Assembly (NCBI RefSeq): GCF_036971445.1 | Contig: NC_091480.1 | Span: forward strand, 87,110,001 to 87,174,000 | DNA length: 64,000 nucleotides | From: Narcine bancroftii | Lineage: Eukaryota | Reading direction: 5' to 3' | Shown: positions 38,442 through 50,429 of the stretch, in pieces | Layout of the letters: each line of letters opens with the position of its first letter | Numbering within the stretch: position 1 is the first letter of the stretch | Notes under the pieces: generated by a model | What the model was told of the DNA's origin: nothing | The model's database searches: none | The model's input: only the letters and a program-made list of their open reading frames with translations | Program-made: the position numbers and the translations under genes

Positions 38442-39029
38442 CTCTAGGGTATCCTGCACAAGGCCTCCCAAGTCCCTTTGCACCTCGGAAAATTGAATTT
38501 TCTCACCATCCAAACAATAGTTTGCTCTTTTATTCTTTCTACCAACTTTCCAACATTGTATTTCATTACCACTTTTTTGCCTATTCTCAACCTAGTTAAG
38601 TTTTCTCTGCAGCCTCATCCTTTTCTAATCATTACCTGTCCCTCCAACCATCTTCATATCATCTGCAAACATAGTCACCAAGCTATTTATTCCACAATCC
38701 ATATCAACATACAGCATAAAAAGAAGCCCAAACACTGACCCCTGCAGAACCCCAATAGCCAAGTAGAATAGTATCCTTTTATTCTCATTTATTGGCCAAT
38801 CAGCCAATGCTCAATGCATGCAAGTATCTTTCCTGCAATTCCATGAACTCTCATGTTGTTAAGCAGCCACATTTGCAGCCCCTTGTCAAAGGCCTTTTGA
38901 AAAGCCAAGCATTCAACATCCACTGCATCTCTTTTGTCCAGCCTGCTTGCGGTTTCCTCAAAATAGTCATTACCTAAAATGTTAAGATTTAGATCACTCT
39001 TCACTAATCTTTCATGGACTGCATTCCAA

Positions 39030-39520
39030 AATGGTACTCCTGATGGAGAACATACTAACAGAATCAACAGCATTGTGGCTAGTTGCATTACTTCCATGTT
39101 ATGAAGGCACCAACTCCCAGGTCAAGAATAAACTCCAGAGGGTTGTTAACTCAGCCTGTGATGTCACAGGCACCAAACTTCACTCCATTGAAGATATCTA
39201 CAAGAGGCGATGCCTTAAAAAAGCAGTCTCTATCCTCAAAGACCCCCACCACCCAGGTCATACCCTCTTCACTCAGCTACCATCGGGAAAAAGGAACAGG
39301 AGACTAAAGACGAGCACTCAGCGGCACAAGAACAGCTTCTTCCCTGCTGCCATTAGATTCCTGAATGATCAATGAACCACTTTTGGTTCACTATTAAATT
39401 TTACTTATTTTTAAAATAGTAATGTTGTAAGATGGTTATAATATCAATGTTTGGACTGCGACGCTGCTGCAAAGACACTGAATTTCATGACTTGCTCAGG
39501 ACTATAGATTCTTATTCTGA
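39030..39520 (+). mobile_element. Rex1/Babar LINE 3' end
   Basis: KLQRVVNSA..IEDIYKRRCLKKAVSILKDPHHPGH.LF..LPSGKR..NSFFPAAIRFLN. Confidence 0.93.
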
Positions 39521-39529
39521 ATCTGAGAA

Positions 39530-40056
39530 ACCATGCAGTTCTGGACGCCTAATTATAGGAAGGATATAAACAGAGTGGAGAGAGTGCAGAGAAGGTTTAC
39601 CAGAATGTTACCTGGGTTTAAGCATCTAGAGTCTAGGGAGAGATTGGACAGATTAGGTCTTTATTCTTTGGAGCGTAGAAGGTTGAGAGGGGATTTGATA
39701 GAAGTATTTAAGATTATGAAAGGGATAGACAGAGTGGATGTGGATAGACTATTTCCGTTAAGAGGAGGAAAGATTAATACAAGAGGACATGAGTTAAGAA
39801 TTAAGGGGCAGAGGTTTAGAGGTAACATGAGGGGGAATTTCTTTACTCAGCCGTGTGGAATGAGCTTCCGGGAGATATAGTGGCGGCGGAGTCAATTGTA
39901 TTATTTAAGAAAAGGTTGGACAGGTCTATGGATGAGAAGAAGATGGAAGGTTATGGGCATTGTGCAGGGAGGTGGGGCTAGAGTGGGGTGTTGGGTTCGG
40001 TGCGGACTAGAAGGGCCTAATGGCCTGTTTCCGTGCTGTAATTGTTATATGATTAT
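39530..40056 (+). mobile_element. CR1 LINE 3' end, young
   Basis: QFWTPNYRKDINRVERVQRRFTRMLPG..LERRRLRGDLIEVFKI; gttatat tail. Confidence 0.96.
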
Positions 40057-40632
40057 AGATATATATGTTCAATCCTTGAATGGTGAACAGCTGCAAGTGA
40101 GCAAGTGTCAGAGCATCTGCGTTTCAATGCATAGCAATATCATTGAGAATAATTTTAAATAATTAATATTTTTTAATGTTTGTGTTTTATTTATAAAAAT
40201 GATTACATTTTAATGACTTACAACAATGAACATTTTTTAATTTCAAGAGATACTCTGAAACATTTATATTCTGTTGGCAACTTGACAGCAAGCCAAGCTG
40301 AGAGCTCACTCAGGCAGCAGTCAAACTTACTCATTTGCCTCAGGGATGGCATTTGTAGAATCTGCAATTCTGTGCTTCCTTTTTATGGCCGATCTGGATG
40401 ATACTTTGGGAAGCAAGGATCCTCAAAAGGCAAGGACAGCCTTATTTTTGTGAAGGGGTGCAGTTCATTGCCGGAAGGGAATCTGGTTTATTCTCATTCT
40501 ATTAGTGACCATTCAGATGCAGTGCTGTTTTCCTCAAATTTATCTCCTCACAATTCCCATTTGTTATCTGGAGGATGATCCAGCAGGTTGGACAGGAAAT
40601 TATTTCAAACAAAGGATTATTATTGTGCTTGC

Positions 40633-41156
40633 TCCTGGCAGACCAATTAACAAACATCTTTGTGGACATCTTCAACACCTCGCTGAAGCAGTCCATCATG
40701 GCTGTGGGGTTCAAGATGGCCACCATCATCCTGGTACCCAAGAGGGGGACAATTAAAGGCCTCAATGACCACTGCTCTGTAGCATTGACCTCCACCATTT
40801 TGAAATGCTTCAAGCATCTGGTGAGGGAACACTTCCAAGTACGCTTTCTAGAGATGCTGGATCCATTTCAACTTGCCTATAGAAGAAAATGATCCACAGT
40901 CCCATCACCTCGAGAATGACACCTCATACGCCAGGTTGCTGTTCATTGACTTCAGCTCAGCATTTAATACAATCCTTCTCCACCATCCTGTGGGGACTAG
41001 GTCCTCACTGGGACTCACCACCCCTCTCTGTAATTGGATCCTGGACTTCTTAATGGATAGATCACAGTCGTCAGAGCCGGTAGCAGAACATTGAGCATCA
41101 TATCACACTAGGCACTAGTGCATTCCAGGGCTATGTACTCAACCCATTCCTGTGCA
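40633..41156 (+). mobile_element. Rex1/Babar RT, left half (continues at 46992)
   Basis: [60 protein letters not shown]. It ends at the decayed QG.VLSP.L motif. Confidence 0.92.
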
Positions 41157-41870
41157 CAGGGGTACAGTGCTGCTGGAGGACACTGGAGTGCCATTCCGGA
41201 ACCTCTTTATATAAAAAAAAGGCAAAATTAACAAGCGGGGGAATTTTAACTAGTGGGGAATTTAACATGGGAGCACAAGGACACCATGGCAACCAATGAT
41301 TTTCGCTGCTCTTTGTGGTTCCGCTGTCTCTCCGTGCCCTCAACATCCACACCGTGAGGAAAGAGGTATTCCTGAGTGCGTCCTGTCACAGGATACATGT
41401 TCCGCCATCACTGATGGCCACAGCAAGACATGTCATGCGGTCAGTCTTTGCACAGGCAGGAAATTGGTGGGTATAACCACAGGTGCGAAGGCATGTGGCA
41501 GGGCCGGAGGTGGGATGGGCCTGATACGAGCTGGGAACAAAATCGACCTGAAAGGAACAATTCCCATGTGCGACAATTGAAGCATCGAGCAATGCACTTG
41601 AGGTGGGGTCGGGGCTGTGAAGCCTCACCACTGCCAACCCAGCCCCGTGGTTCTGAGATCCGGCACCAGCACTGGGAGCCATGAAAGAATCCTTATCTTT
41701 TTCTTTCCCAATGCCTGACTCAGGTAGAATGTGAACATTTTGATCTCTTCACCTGGAAGACATCCATGGGGCCGGGAGAAGACAAAGCAGGATGCAGGAG
41801 ACTTTCAGCTGGTCGGGTTGCATAAATGGAAAGAGAAACGACATTTCATTCAGTTGGAAATGGAGTCTGG

Positions 41871-43884
41871 CTCTCACTCCCTCCCTCTCACTCCCTCCCA
41901 CTCCCTCCCTCTCACTCCCTCCCTCTCACTCCCTCCCTCTCACTCCCTCCCTCTCACTCCCTCCCTCTCACTCCCTCCCTCTCACTCCCTCCCTCTCACT
42001 CCCTCCCTCTCACTCCCTCCCTCTCACTCCCTCCCTCTCACTCCCTCCCTCTCACTCCCTCCCTCTCACTCCCTCCCTCTCACTCCCTCCCTCTCACTCC
42101 CTCCCTCTCACTCCCTCCCTCTCACTCCCTCCCTCTCACTCCCTCCCTCTCACTCCCTCCCTCTCACTCCCTCCCTCTCACTCCCTCCCTCTCACTCCCT
42201 CCCTCTCACTCCCTCCCTCTCACTCCCTCCCTCTCACTCCCTCCCTCTCACTCCCTCCCTCTCACTCCCTCCCTCTCACTCCCTCCCTCTCACTCCCTCC
42301 CTCTCACTCCCTCCCTCTCACTCCCTCCCTCTCACTCCCTCCCTCTCACTCCCTCCCTCTCACTCCCTCCCTCTCACTCCCTCCCTCTCACTCCCTCCCT
42401 CTCACTCCCTCCCTCTCACTCCCTCCCTCTCACTCCCTCCCTCTCACTCCCTCCCTCTCACTCCCTCCCTCTCACTCCCTCCCTCTCACTCCCTCCCTCT
42501 CACTCCCTCCCTCTCACTCCCTCCCTCTCACTCCCTCCCTCTCACTCCCTCCCTCTCACTCCCTCCCTCTCACTCCCTCCCTCTCACTCCCTCCCTCTCA
42601 CTCCCTCCCTCTCACTCCCTCCCTCTCACTCCCTCCCTCTCACTCCCTCCCTCTCACTCCCTCCCTCTCACTCCCTCCCTCTCACTCCCTCCCTCTCACT
42701 CCCTCCCTCTCACTCCCTCCCTCTCACTCCCTCCCTCTCACTCCCTCCCTCTCACTCCCTCCCTCTCACTCCCTCCCTCTCACTCCCTCCCTCTCACTCC
42801 CTCCCTCTCACTCCCTCCCTCTCACTCCCTCCCTCTCACTCCCTCCCTCTCACTCCCTCCCTCTCACTCCCTCCCTCTCACTCCCTCCCTCTCACTCCCT
42901 CCCTCTCACTCCCTCCCTCCCACTCCCTCCCTCCCACTCCCTCCCTCCCACTCCCTCCCTCCCACTCCCTCCCTCTCACTCCCTCCCTCTCACTCCCTCC
43001 CTCTCACTCCCTCCCTCTCACTCCCTCCCTCTCACTCCCTCCCTCTCACTCCCTCCCTCTCACTCCCTCCCTCTCACTCCCTCCCTCTCACTCCCTCCCT
43101 CTCACTCCCTCCCTCTCACTCCCTCCCTCTCACTCCCTCCCTCTCACTCCCTCCCTCTCACTCCCTCCCTCTCACTCCCTCCCTCTCACTCCCTCCCTCT
43201 CACTCCCTCCCTCTCACTCCCTCCCTCTCACTCCCTCCCTCTCACTCCCTCCCTCTCACTCCCTCCCTCTCACTCCCTCCCTCTCACTCCCTCCCTCTCA
43301 CTCCCTCCCTCTCACTCCCTCCCTCTCACTCCCTCCCTCTCACTCCCTCCCTCTCACTCCCTCCCTCTCACTCCCTCCCTCTCACTCCCTCCCTCTCACT
43401 CCCTCCCTCTCACTCCCTCCCTCTCACTCCCTCCCTCTCACTCCCTCCCTCTCACTCCCTCCCTCTCACTCCCTCCCTCTCACTCCCTCCCTCTCACTCC
43501 CTCCCTCTCACTCCCTCCCTCTCACTCCCTCCCTCTCACTCCCTCCCTCTCACTCCCTCCCTCTCACTCCCTCCCTCTCACTCCCTCCCTCTCACTCCCT
43601 CCCTCTCACTCCCTCCCTCTCACTCCCTCCCTCTCACTCCCTCCCTCTCACTCCCTCCCTCTCACTCCCTCCCTCTCACTCCCTCCCTCTCACTCCCTCC
43701 CTCTCACTCCCTCCCTCTCACTCCCTCCCTCTCACTCCCTCCCTCTCACTCCCTCCCTCTCACTCCCTCCCTCTCACTCCCTCCCTCTCACTCCCTCCCT
43801 CTCACTCCCTCCCTCTCACTCCCTCCCTCTCACTCCCTCCCTCTCACTCCCTCCCTCTCACTCCCTCCCTCTCACTCCCTCCCT
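41871..43884. repeat. 14-bp minisatellite (CTCTCACTCCCTCC) x ~144
   Basis: Near-perfect array. Variant unit CTCCCACTCCCTCC occurs once near 41895 and four times at ~42917-42970. Confidence 0.99.
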
Positions 43885-44304
43885 GATGCAGCATCACCTG
43901 CTGGATTGTGTTTAGCAGGAAAATTGACTGAATTCTTTAAAAGTTGATGGAGTGTGGGGGGGGGGGGTGGTGCAGGGGGGGGGAAAGAGAGTCATTTAGA
44001 CTTTGGATGGGACCAATGGAACCCAATTGTGCTACTGTGATCCTTAGAAAATTATGGCACAGAATTTAAGAAATATAAGTAGGCCACACACACACACACA
44101 TCCCTGGTTAGATTTCAAGGATGATAAACTAGGGTGTAAATTATGTGCAAAAATAAGCAATCTGATATTTCACTTCTAAGGGTTTGAAAATGAATGGCAG
44201 ATGCACCAGGTATCCTATTATGGAGCCAATCACAGTGCACGCTTGAAGTCTCTCAGAAAAATAAAATTGTTCATCACAAACTATCAGAAGCTCATACTGC
44301 TGCT

Positions 44305-44896
44305 CTGTCTTTTTAACAAATATTGTGATTAAAGAAGTTTCAAGAATAAAGTGGAACAAAAAGAATCTTTGATACAGGTTGTCCATGTTTCCAACTAACC
44401 CCATCCTTCCTTTCCCCCAAATGAGTCCCCAAGATAGAAGGAAGATAGAAAATAGAAAAGAAAGAGAAAGTGAATAAAGAAAAAGAATCATGAAAGAGGT
44501 GCTGTTGGTATCTGGAATCCAGTCGAGAAACTCCAGCTCTTTTTCTTACCTGGATCTCAAATGTGGGAAAGAACAGGGATGTAAAGACTCGAGAACAGAA
44601 TAAGTATCTTAAATATTCAACCCTGCATTATGGAAATATGGCTGCCATACCTGCAAAAACATATTTCTTTCTTAAATTGTATGCAACTTTCTCCAGAGGA
44701 ATACAATTATGCTTTTTCCCATTCCATCGAGCTATATCCAAAAGGGAATCAGACTTCCAGGTAACTGCAATACATTACCTGGCCATCGCTAATGCAACTT
44801 TAAGAAATTCTAATTGGTACTCAGCCTCATTTTAGGTCTTATGTCCACAATATTTTCGAGAAGAAACAATTCTGGACTCTGTGGCAATTGTTTCCA
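44305..44896 (-). mobile_element. L1-clade LINE 3' end (ORF2 C-terminus and 3' UTR)
   Basis: Minus strand reads PQSPELFLLENI..FLKVALAMAR*CIAVTWKSDS..RW..CIPLEKVAYNLRKKY, followed by a pyrimidine-rich 3' UTR. Confidence 0.8.
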
Positions 44897-46742
44897 GCTG
44901 CTCTACGTGTTGAAAACAGAGCTAGCGAAGATGCTCTTGGAAAATTATGCGACACCATGAATGCTTTGCATCTAAAGGCAACTTGTTCAATTTTTCATTC
45001 TGCATCTTATTTAGCTCAGAATGACAGACCGTACTTTGGCTTACTGGAACTTCAAAACAAAAATGGTGGTGACATTGGAATTGGACTGCATTCCCAGACT
45101 AGTGCTACAGAGATAACTAATAGCCATTAATATGAAAAAGAAAATTTGTCAGCAGATAAATGGTAAAATTTCTGTTCTCATTGATGAATCAACAAGCCTG
45201 AGGATTAAAACCACCTTAGTAGTTTACTTGAAATGTGAAAGTGAAAAGGAAGGTGATCCCCATTTTATATTGTTAGATCTAATTGAACTGCCTGATCAGA
45301 AAGCTTAACCATAGGTTTGATGACTCTAGTTGAAACTAAACCTTGTAGCATTTGGGAATGATGGGCTGAGCGTAGAGCGTAAAGCTTGGTGTCAAATCTG
45401 GTATGGCTACGATTCTCAAGGAACATACCCTGATGTGATATTTTGGCACCGTCTTAATCATAGATTTGAACTTGCAGTCAGTGACTCAGTGAGAGAAGTT
45501 CATGGAATTAATCATTTGCAATGGACAAATTGTACTCTGTTTACAGATCACCTCTAAATCAAAAGAACTGTCTAAATGTACCTCTCAACTGGAACAACAG
45601 ATATGCAAAATAGGCCACGTTCTGGGCATCAGGTGGGTAGCTTGTTCGTTTTGAACAGTAACAGCAGTGTGGCAAAATTATGACACCTGGGAGTGATATT
45701 GAAACCTATGAACGTCTACTGAAAAGACTCGCTTCAGAGCAGTTTCTATTAGGTCTTAGTTCTAAAAAAAGACAAAGGAGGAAAAACCCAACACCCAACC
45801 CCAACCCACCAATTTTCCCCTGCAACCGCGTCTGCCTGTCCCGCATCGGACTTGTCAGCCACCAACGAGCCTGCAGCTGACGTGGACATTACCCCTCCAT
45901 AAATCTTCGTCCGCGAAGCCAAGCCAAAGAAAAAAAAGAGGTCTAATATATGGCACGTTGCATGAACTTGGTTTACTGTCAGTGTTTACAGAACTGCACA
46001 CTACGATTGTTTATGCAGACAAAATGATCCAACAGAGCACAGGTTCACTGAAAAAGCAACCTGGAATAGAAACTCTAGAAGCTCAAGAGACAGTTGTAAA
46101 GGGGAAGTTTGGAGAAATGACCTTAACAAACAACAACAAAATTGTCTCCATTAATTATCTACAGTTTCTTACTAGTCTTAGCAGCGCTGGATGTTCACGA
46201 CAACATCCTTGAAAGGTTCTCAAACTGCTGACCCTCGAAGGATGTATAAATCCCTGCTAAATGAAATGTGTGTCCTCGATAAATGCTCCTGGCTTACTGA
46301 AATACGGCCTAGTTATGGAGAAGCTGCAATATCATCCCTCTGTAAGAGGTCTAAGCTTTCTTTTTCCTCTGTTATAAATGCCTTTAAAGTTCACGTGGAA
46401 GATCGCGGATGCTGCATCCCCCCAAAATTTACACTCATTACTGAGCTGCTCACAAGTTATTCCTATTAGTACTGCTGAGCATGAGAGGGGATCCAGCCAT
46501 TATCAGGAACTTGAATACAACAACAATCAGCAAAAAAATTCTCATAAATCATGCATCAGCTCTTATACTTATTAAGCTACTACTTAGACCTCCTCTAGTT
46601 CAGTGGAATCCTGAGCCGTATGCAACCTCATGGGTGCAGTACCAGAGGTCAGCAGATGACATCAGGACAAGAGTTGCTTCAGGTCCCGAAAACACATCGC
46701 ACCTGTCCTTTTATGAACATTACTGTGAAACTTCTCATTGAT
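44897..46742 (+). pseudogene. Decayed hAT transposase (KIAA1586-like)
   Basis: IFHSASYLAQNDRPY..LLELQ.KNG.DIG..LHS; KISVLIDEST; FWHRLNHRFELAVSD; LGIRWVA; IPISTAEHERG; PPLVQWNPEPYATSW. Multiple stops and frameshifts. Confidence 0.88.
45764..45938 (+). mobile_element. RTE-clade LINE 3' tip inserted in the hAT transposase
   Basis: KRQRRKNPTPNPNPPIFPCNRVCLSRIGLVSHQRACS*; nearly identical to the reverse complement of 18745-18915; candidate TSD ag(t/g)tcta. Confidence 0.95.
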
Positions 46743-46991
46743 CGCATTTGGTAAGTAGGTAATTATTTTAAGTTGGTAAAATACATGATCGCCGTCTTTT
46801 TCTTTACTTGATAATTATATTTTATGATAATTATAAAGTGAGTGCAATACTGTCATATTATCAAATTATACAATGCTCTCAATTATACAATGCCAAATGC
46901 AGCGTGGCCACCAAGGCCAGGTCTCGCAAAACCTACTGGTCGCTGTTCTTGATGAGCTCCGGCACCTAAAAAAGAGAGCAGTGCGGCCCTG

Positions 46992-47733
46992 TGCATTGCC
47001 AATTCCAGCTCAGTGTTATCAAGTTTGCAGATGACACAACACTAGTTGGCCTCATGATCAACAACGATGAGTCGCAGAAAACGATCCGAGAATAACAACC
47101 CGAGTCTAAAACTGACAAGACAAAGGAGATGATCCTGTAGAGAGAGTGGAGAGCACCAAGTTCCTTGGCGTTCACTTAACTAGTAACCTACTACGGACAC
47201 TCATCATCTTCTCACTTGTCCGGAAGGCAAAACAGCGACTGCACTTCCTGAGAAGACTGAAGCGGGCAAGGCTATCGGCCACCATTACGTCATCTTTCTA
47301 TAGGATCTCTAGCGAGAGCGTCCTGCCCACCTTCATCACAGTGTGGTACGGTTGGTGCTCACCAAACCATAAGAGTGGCAGAGATTCACTGTTGTCTCTC
47401 CCCTTGCCCTCTCAACTCAACACAATCTTCCACCTTTCCATCAGGGAAGAGATACAGGAGGATCAGAGCCAGCACCACCAGGCTGAGGAACAGCTTCTTC
47501 CCACAGGAAGTGAGAATGGTGAACAACCAAAGGAACTGCTCACACTAACTATCCGAGAATCTCATTTGTACAAAACAACATTTATTTTTGTAGATAAAAT
47601 ACTTGTCCTGTATATGTATTGTTTGTCTGTATGTGTGTTATATCTGGTTGTGTGTCTGCATATTTTGCAAGGAGGACCAGAAAATGCTGTTTCATCAGGT
47701 TCTACTTGTACTCTCAGATGACTGGACTTGACT
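46992..47733 (+). mobile_element. Rex1/Babar LINE, right half with 3' tail
   Basis: IKFADDTTLVGL; ESTKFLGVHLT..KAKQRLHFLRRLKRA; RLRNSFFP; gacttgactt tail. Confidence 0.92.
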
Positions 47734-48366
47734 TGAAGGATCAACTGACCGTGCAGGTCATAAGTCATTTCCCCAGGTCAATCAAGGGTAGCCCACCCAC
47801 TGGTGAGGGCACACCTTTCAACTGGCTCTCTTGATCACCTTGCCTCGTTTGGCCCCTCAGCTGGCTGCACTATTAAGTCCACCACGTGGAGCAGTTTGCT
47901 CTTCCCCCCCCCCCCCCCCCCACCCTCGTGGGAGCAAACCCTAGCTCGACTTCAGCTTGCAAGCTGTGGACGACGCTAGAGAGTCAATTGTAAAGTGTGT
48001 GCCAGTACTGGGTGGGAGGCTATTATGGTGCATACCTAGAAAGGGCTGTTGCTCTTTATTCATGTTATTGGTGTGATTAGATTCTGTAGTTAAGTGGGAT
48101 ACCATGCCTGCTAGTTAGAGAGGGGTGGTGGGTACTGTTTGTTTTATCTTTATGGTTGACTGTGGGAACTGCAACAAATAGCAATCTGTCAGGAGTGGTC
48201 TAGCTGCATCCAATGTGCATGAATTGTGTGTAGCTTCTTTGTGTGTGTGAGTGAGATCCCTGTTATGACATCCCCCGCATGTAAATAAAGATCATTCTTT
48301 ATGGTTAAACTGTGTTCAGACTCATCACTTCTTGGACCCTCTGAACTTGTTCTCCCTATCACACCA
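47734..48366 (+). mobile_element. Solo LTR (~630 bp)
   Basis: TG..CA ends and AATAAA at ~48284. The 3' end resembles that of 11153-11802. TSD unclear. Confidence 0.6.
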
Positions 48367-48950
48367 TTGTACAAAATTATTCATTAGACTGATTTTTGAC
48401 ATTGTTACCATTTGAATTTCAATACAAATCATCCACCCACTCTCTCAGAACCAGACCAGGCTTCAATAAGCCTTTTCAGTCCTGTACGCTCAAAGCACTC
48501 AGTCATTTCAAGGCTTTTAGTCCATATAGAGTGTGCTTGTTCATGTTTTCCATTCAGGTCAGGCTAAACTGTGAGGAAAAAAATGAAATACCCTTTAGTT
48601 GATTGAAGACGGAGAATATTTAACCAAAGTATTGATCTAAAATGAAAATTGTGCGTATGAACTTCATAAAATCCAAGTCATACGATGATGGATGATGGAT
48701 TTAAATTGCGGCAAAATGTCAGAAGAATATGTCACAAAATTGCATTCGCATTTAAACACATTGGAATCCAATATTCCCTTCACATTTTCAGTCACCTGCC
48801 AAAACTACAACATTTAAATGGTAAAGCATTACTTCTATATACAAGACAGTGGCAATTGCAGATTTGCAGATTTTCACTCACAGACTGAAAACTTCTTAAT
48901 ACAGCTGTCGATAACAGCACCTTTACAATTTTTGATTTCTGAGCTACATT

Positions 48951-49955
48951 TGTAATGGAATATTTGGGAGATAAATTGGTAAAATTAGAGTAGGTTACAT
49001 ACATACCTACACTTTAAAACAAATCTTATTTGAAATACTGAAGAATTCATATTCAGTGATTTTACAGAAACTATTGAGAATGCTGTGCACAATTCACAAG
49101 TAGGTGCTAATTGAAATGATATCATGAAATGAATAGTCCATTGACTTGGACTGGAGTCAGGTCAACTGTGTTGAATATTTTTATGAGACTTCTTGTCTTT
49201 CTGCAAAGTCCTCACTCAAAGGTCTTGCTTTGTTTACCTAAAAACAACAGCTTGACCAAGAAGACCAACTCCTATTGTTTGCTGGAGAAGGTCAGGGGTT
49301 TTGCAAGTGAGAGAGTCACATGGGCTTCCTGGCAGTTGGAGAAAGAGACAAACAGACAGCTGAAACAAGCAGGAGAAGCTGGTTGGAATTGAAACAGAAA
49401 CTCCAGAGTGGTGGATGGCCAGAAATGCTATGTGTCTGATGTTTCTTTTGGAATAAGTGGAACAGAAAGGAACTCTCTTGTAGCCTGAAAGAAAGAGGTT
49501 ATCGTCTGGAGAACCTTGATGGGGCAAGTTTAATCAGCAAGACATTGAGGTGACTAATTGTGGTACTTTAGTTGTGGAAATCCTGGAACAATAAATCTCT
49601 GTGCAAACCCTACAAGAACTTTCCTGAGTGGTAAACATTTACCTTTCGAGCACCAAAGCCTGGTAAACTTTCTACATATTAAATTCTGTGCCCAGTATAA
49701 GAATTGCCACCAACCAGAGAACTTGGAAGAATGAGAAGTGAGATTGAACTGTGCAGCAAAGAACTTTTCTTAAATTTACACACATTACATAGACATGCAC
49801 TTAGAATTAGAAGGGGGTTAAGTCACATTAATAGAGTTTAAAGTTTGATTCTGTTTTCATGTTTAATATAATTAAAACAACTTTTGTTTAATTAGCTACT
49901 TATCTTGGTGAATGTCTATTGCTGCTGGGATTTGGGTTCCTTTGGGCTCGTAACA
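48951..49955 (+). mobile_element. Solo LTR (1005 bp)
   Basis: TGTAAT..CGTAACA with a 4-bp TSD catt (48947-48950 and 49956-49959); homologous to 5878-6919. Confidence 0.9.
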
Positions 49956-50124
49956 CATTAAATACTTCAAACGCAGTTTCCAATTTATCTCTCACATTGA
50001 GACTTGGGTTTAGATATCACCAACATCTTTTGATCTTCCATGTAGTATTCAGTGCATTTAGTTTCAATGCAATGTTAAGAATTTTGATAGCTTTTCCAAG
50101 AGCCATTTCCTATTGTCCCAATTT

Positions 50125-50342
50125 AGCACAATGTTGTAACAGCACCAGTGATCGGGAATGGGGATTGAATCCCACACTGTCAGTAGGGAGTTTCTACATT
50201 CTATGTGGGTTTTCCCCAGGGGTTCCGGTTTCCATCCACCATTCAAAATGTACCAGGCATAGCAGATCAGTTGGATGTAATTGTATAGCATGGGGTCATG
50301 GACCAAAAGCACTTGTTACCATTCTGTATATTTAAATTTAAA
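50125..50342 (+). mobile_element. tRNA-derived SINE
   Basis: ttagcacaatgttgtaacagcaccagtgatc..gggattgaatccc..gggttttccccaggggttccggtttcc. Confidence 0.8.
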
Positions 50343-50429
50343 AGATACCATGGTGAGTGTCTGCAATGAATCTCTCGCAAAATCCAGCCCTCAGATAGCT
50401 TTGAGAATACAAGTCATGAACTCTAGTCA

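Larger units (their letters stand above)
37015..39000 (-). mobile_element. CR1 LINE ORF2 fragment split by a hAT MITE
   Basis: DAVDV..AFQKAFDK; GVLQGSV.G.LF.LYV..MFADDMK; LRKDVLPLERVQRRFTRMIPG. Confidence 0.92.
41157..46991 (+). mobile_element. hAT DNA transposon (KIAA1586/ZNF862-like transposase group) enclosing non-hAT DNA
   Basis: Imperfect TIRs caggggtacagtgctgct / agcagtgcggccctg; subterminal ccgg(a/c)acct at both ends; cctgtgca at both junctions; Rex1 collinear on either side; transposase remnant inside. Confidence 0.72.

Noticed and set aside
41731-43947. Three overlapping 686-738-aa Pro/Ser/Leu-rich ORFs
   Set aside because: All three frames are open only because the 14-bp unit contains no stop codon; these are not genes.
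44897-46742. Domesticated KIAA1586/ZNF862 host gene
   Set aside because: Many stops and frameshifts, an RTE insertion and flanking TIRs indicate a dead transposon copy.
5878-49955. Two homologous 1-kb LTRs as the ends of one 44-kb provirus
   Set aside because: Each has its own TSD (cctg, catt), they are clearly diverged, and no gag-pol lies between them.
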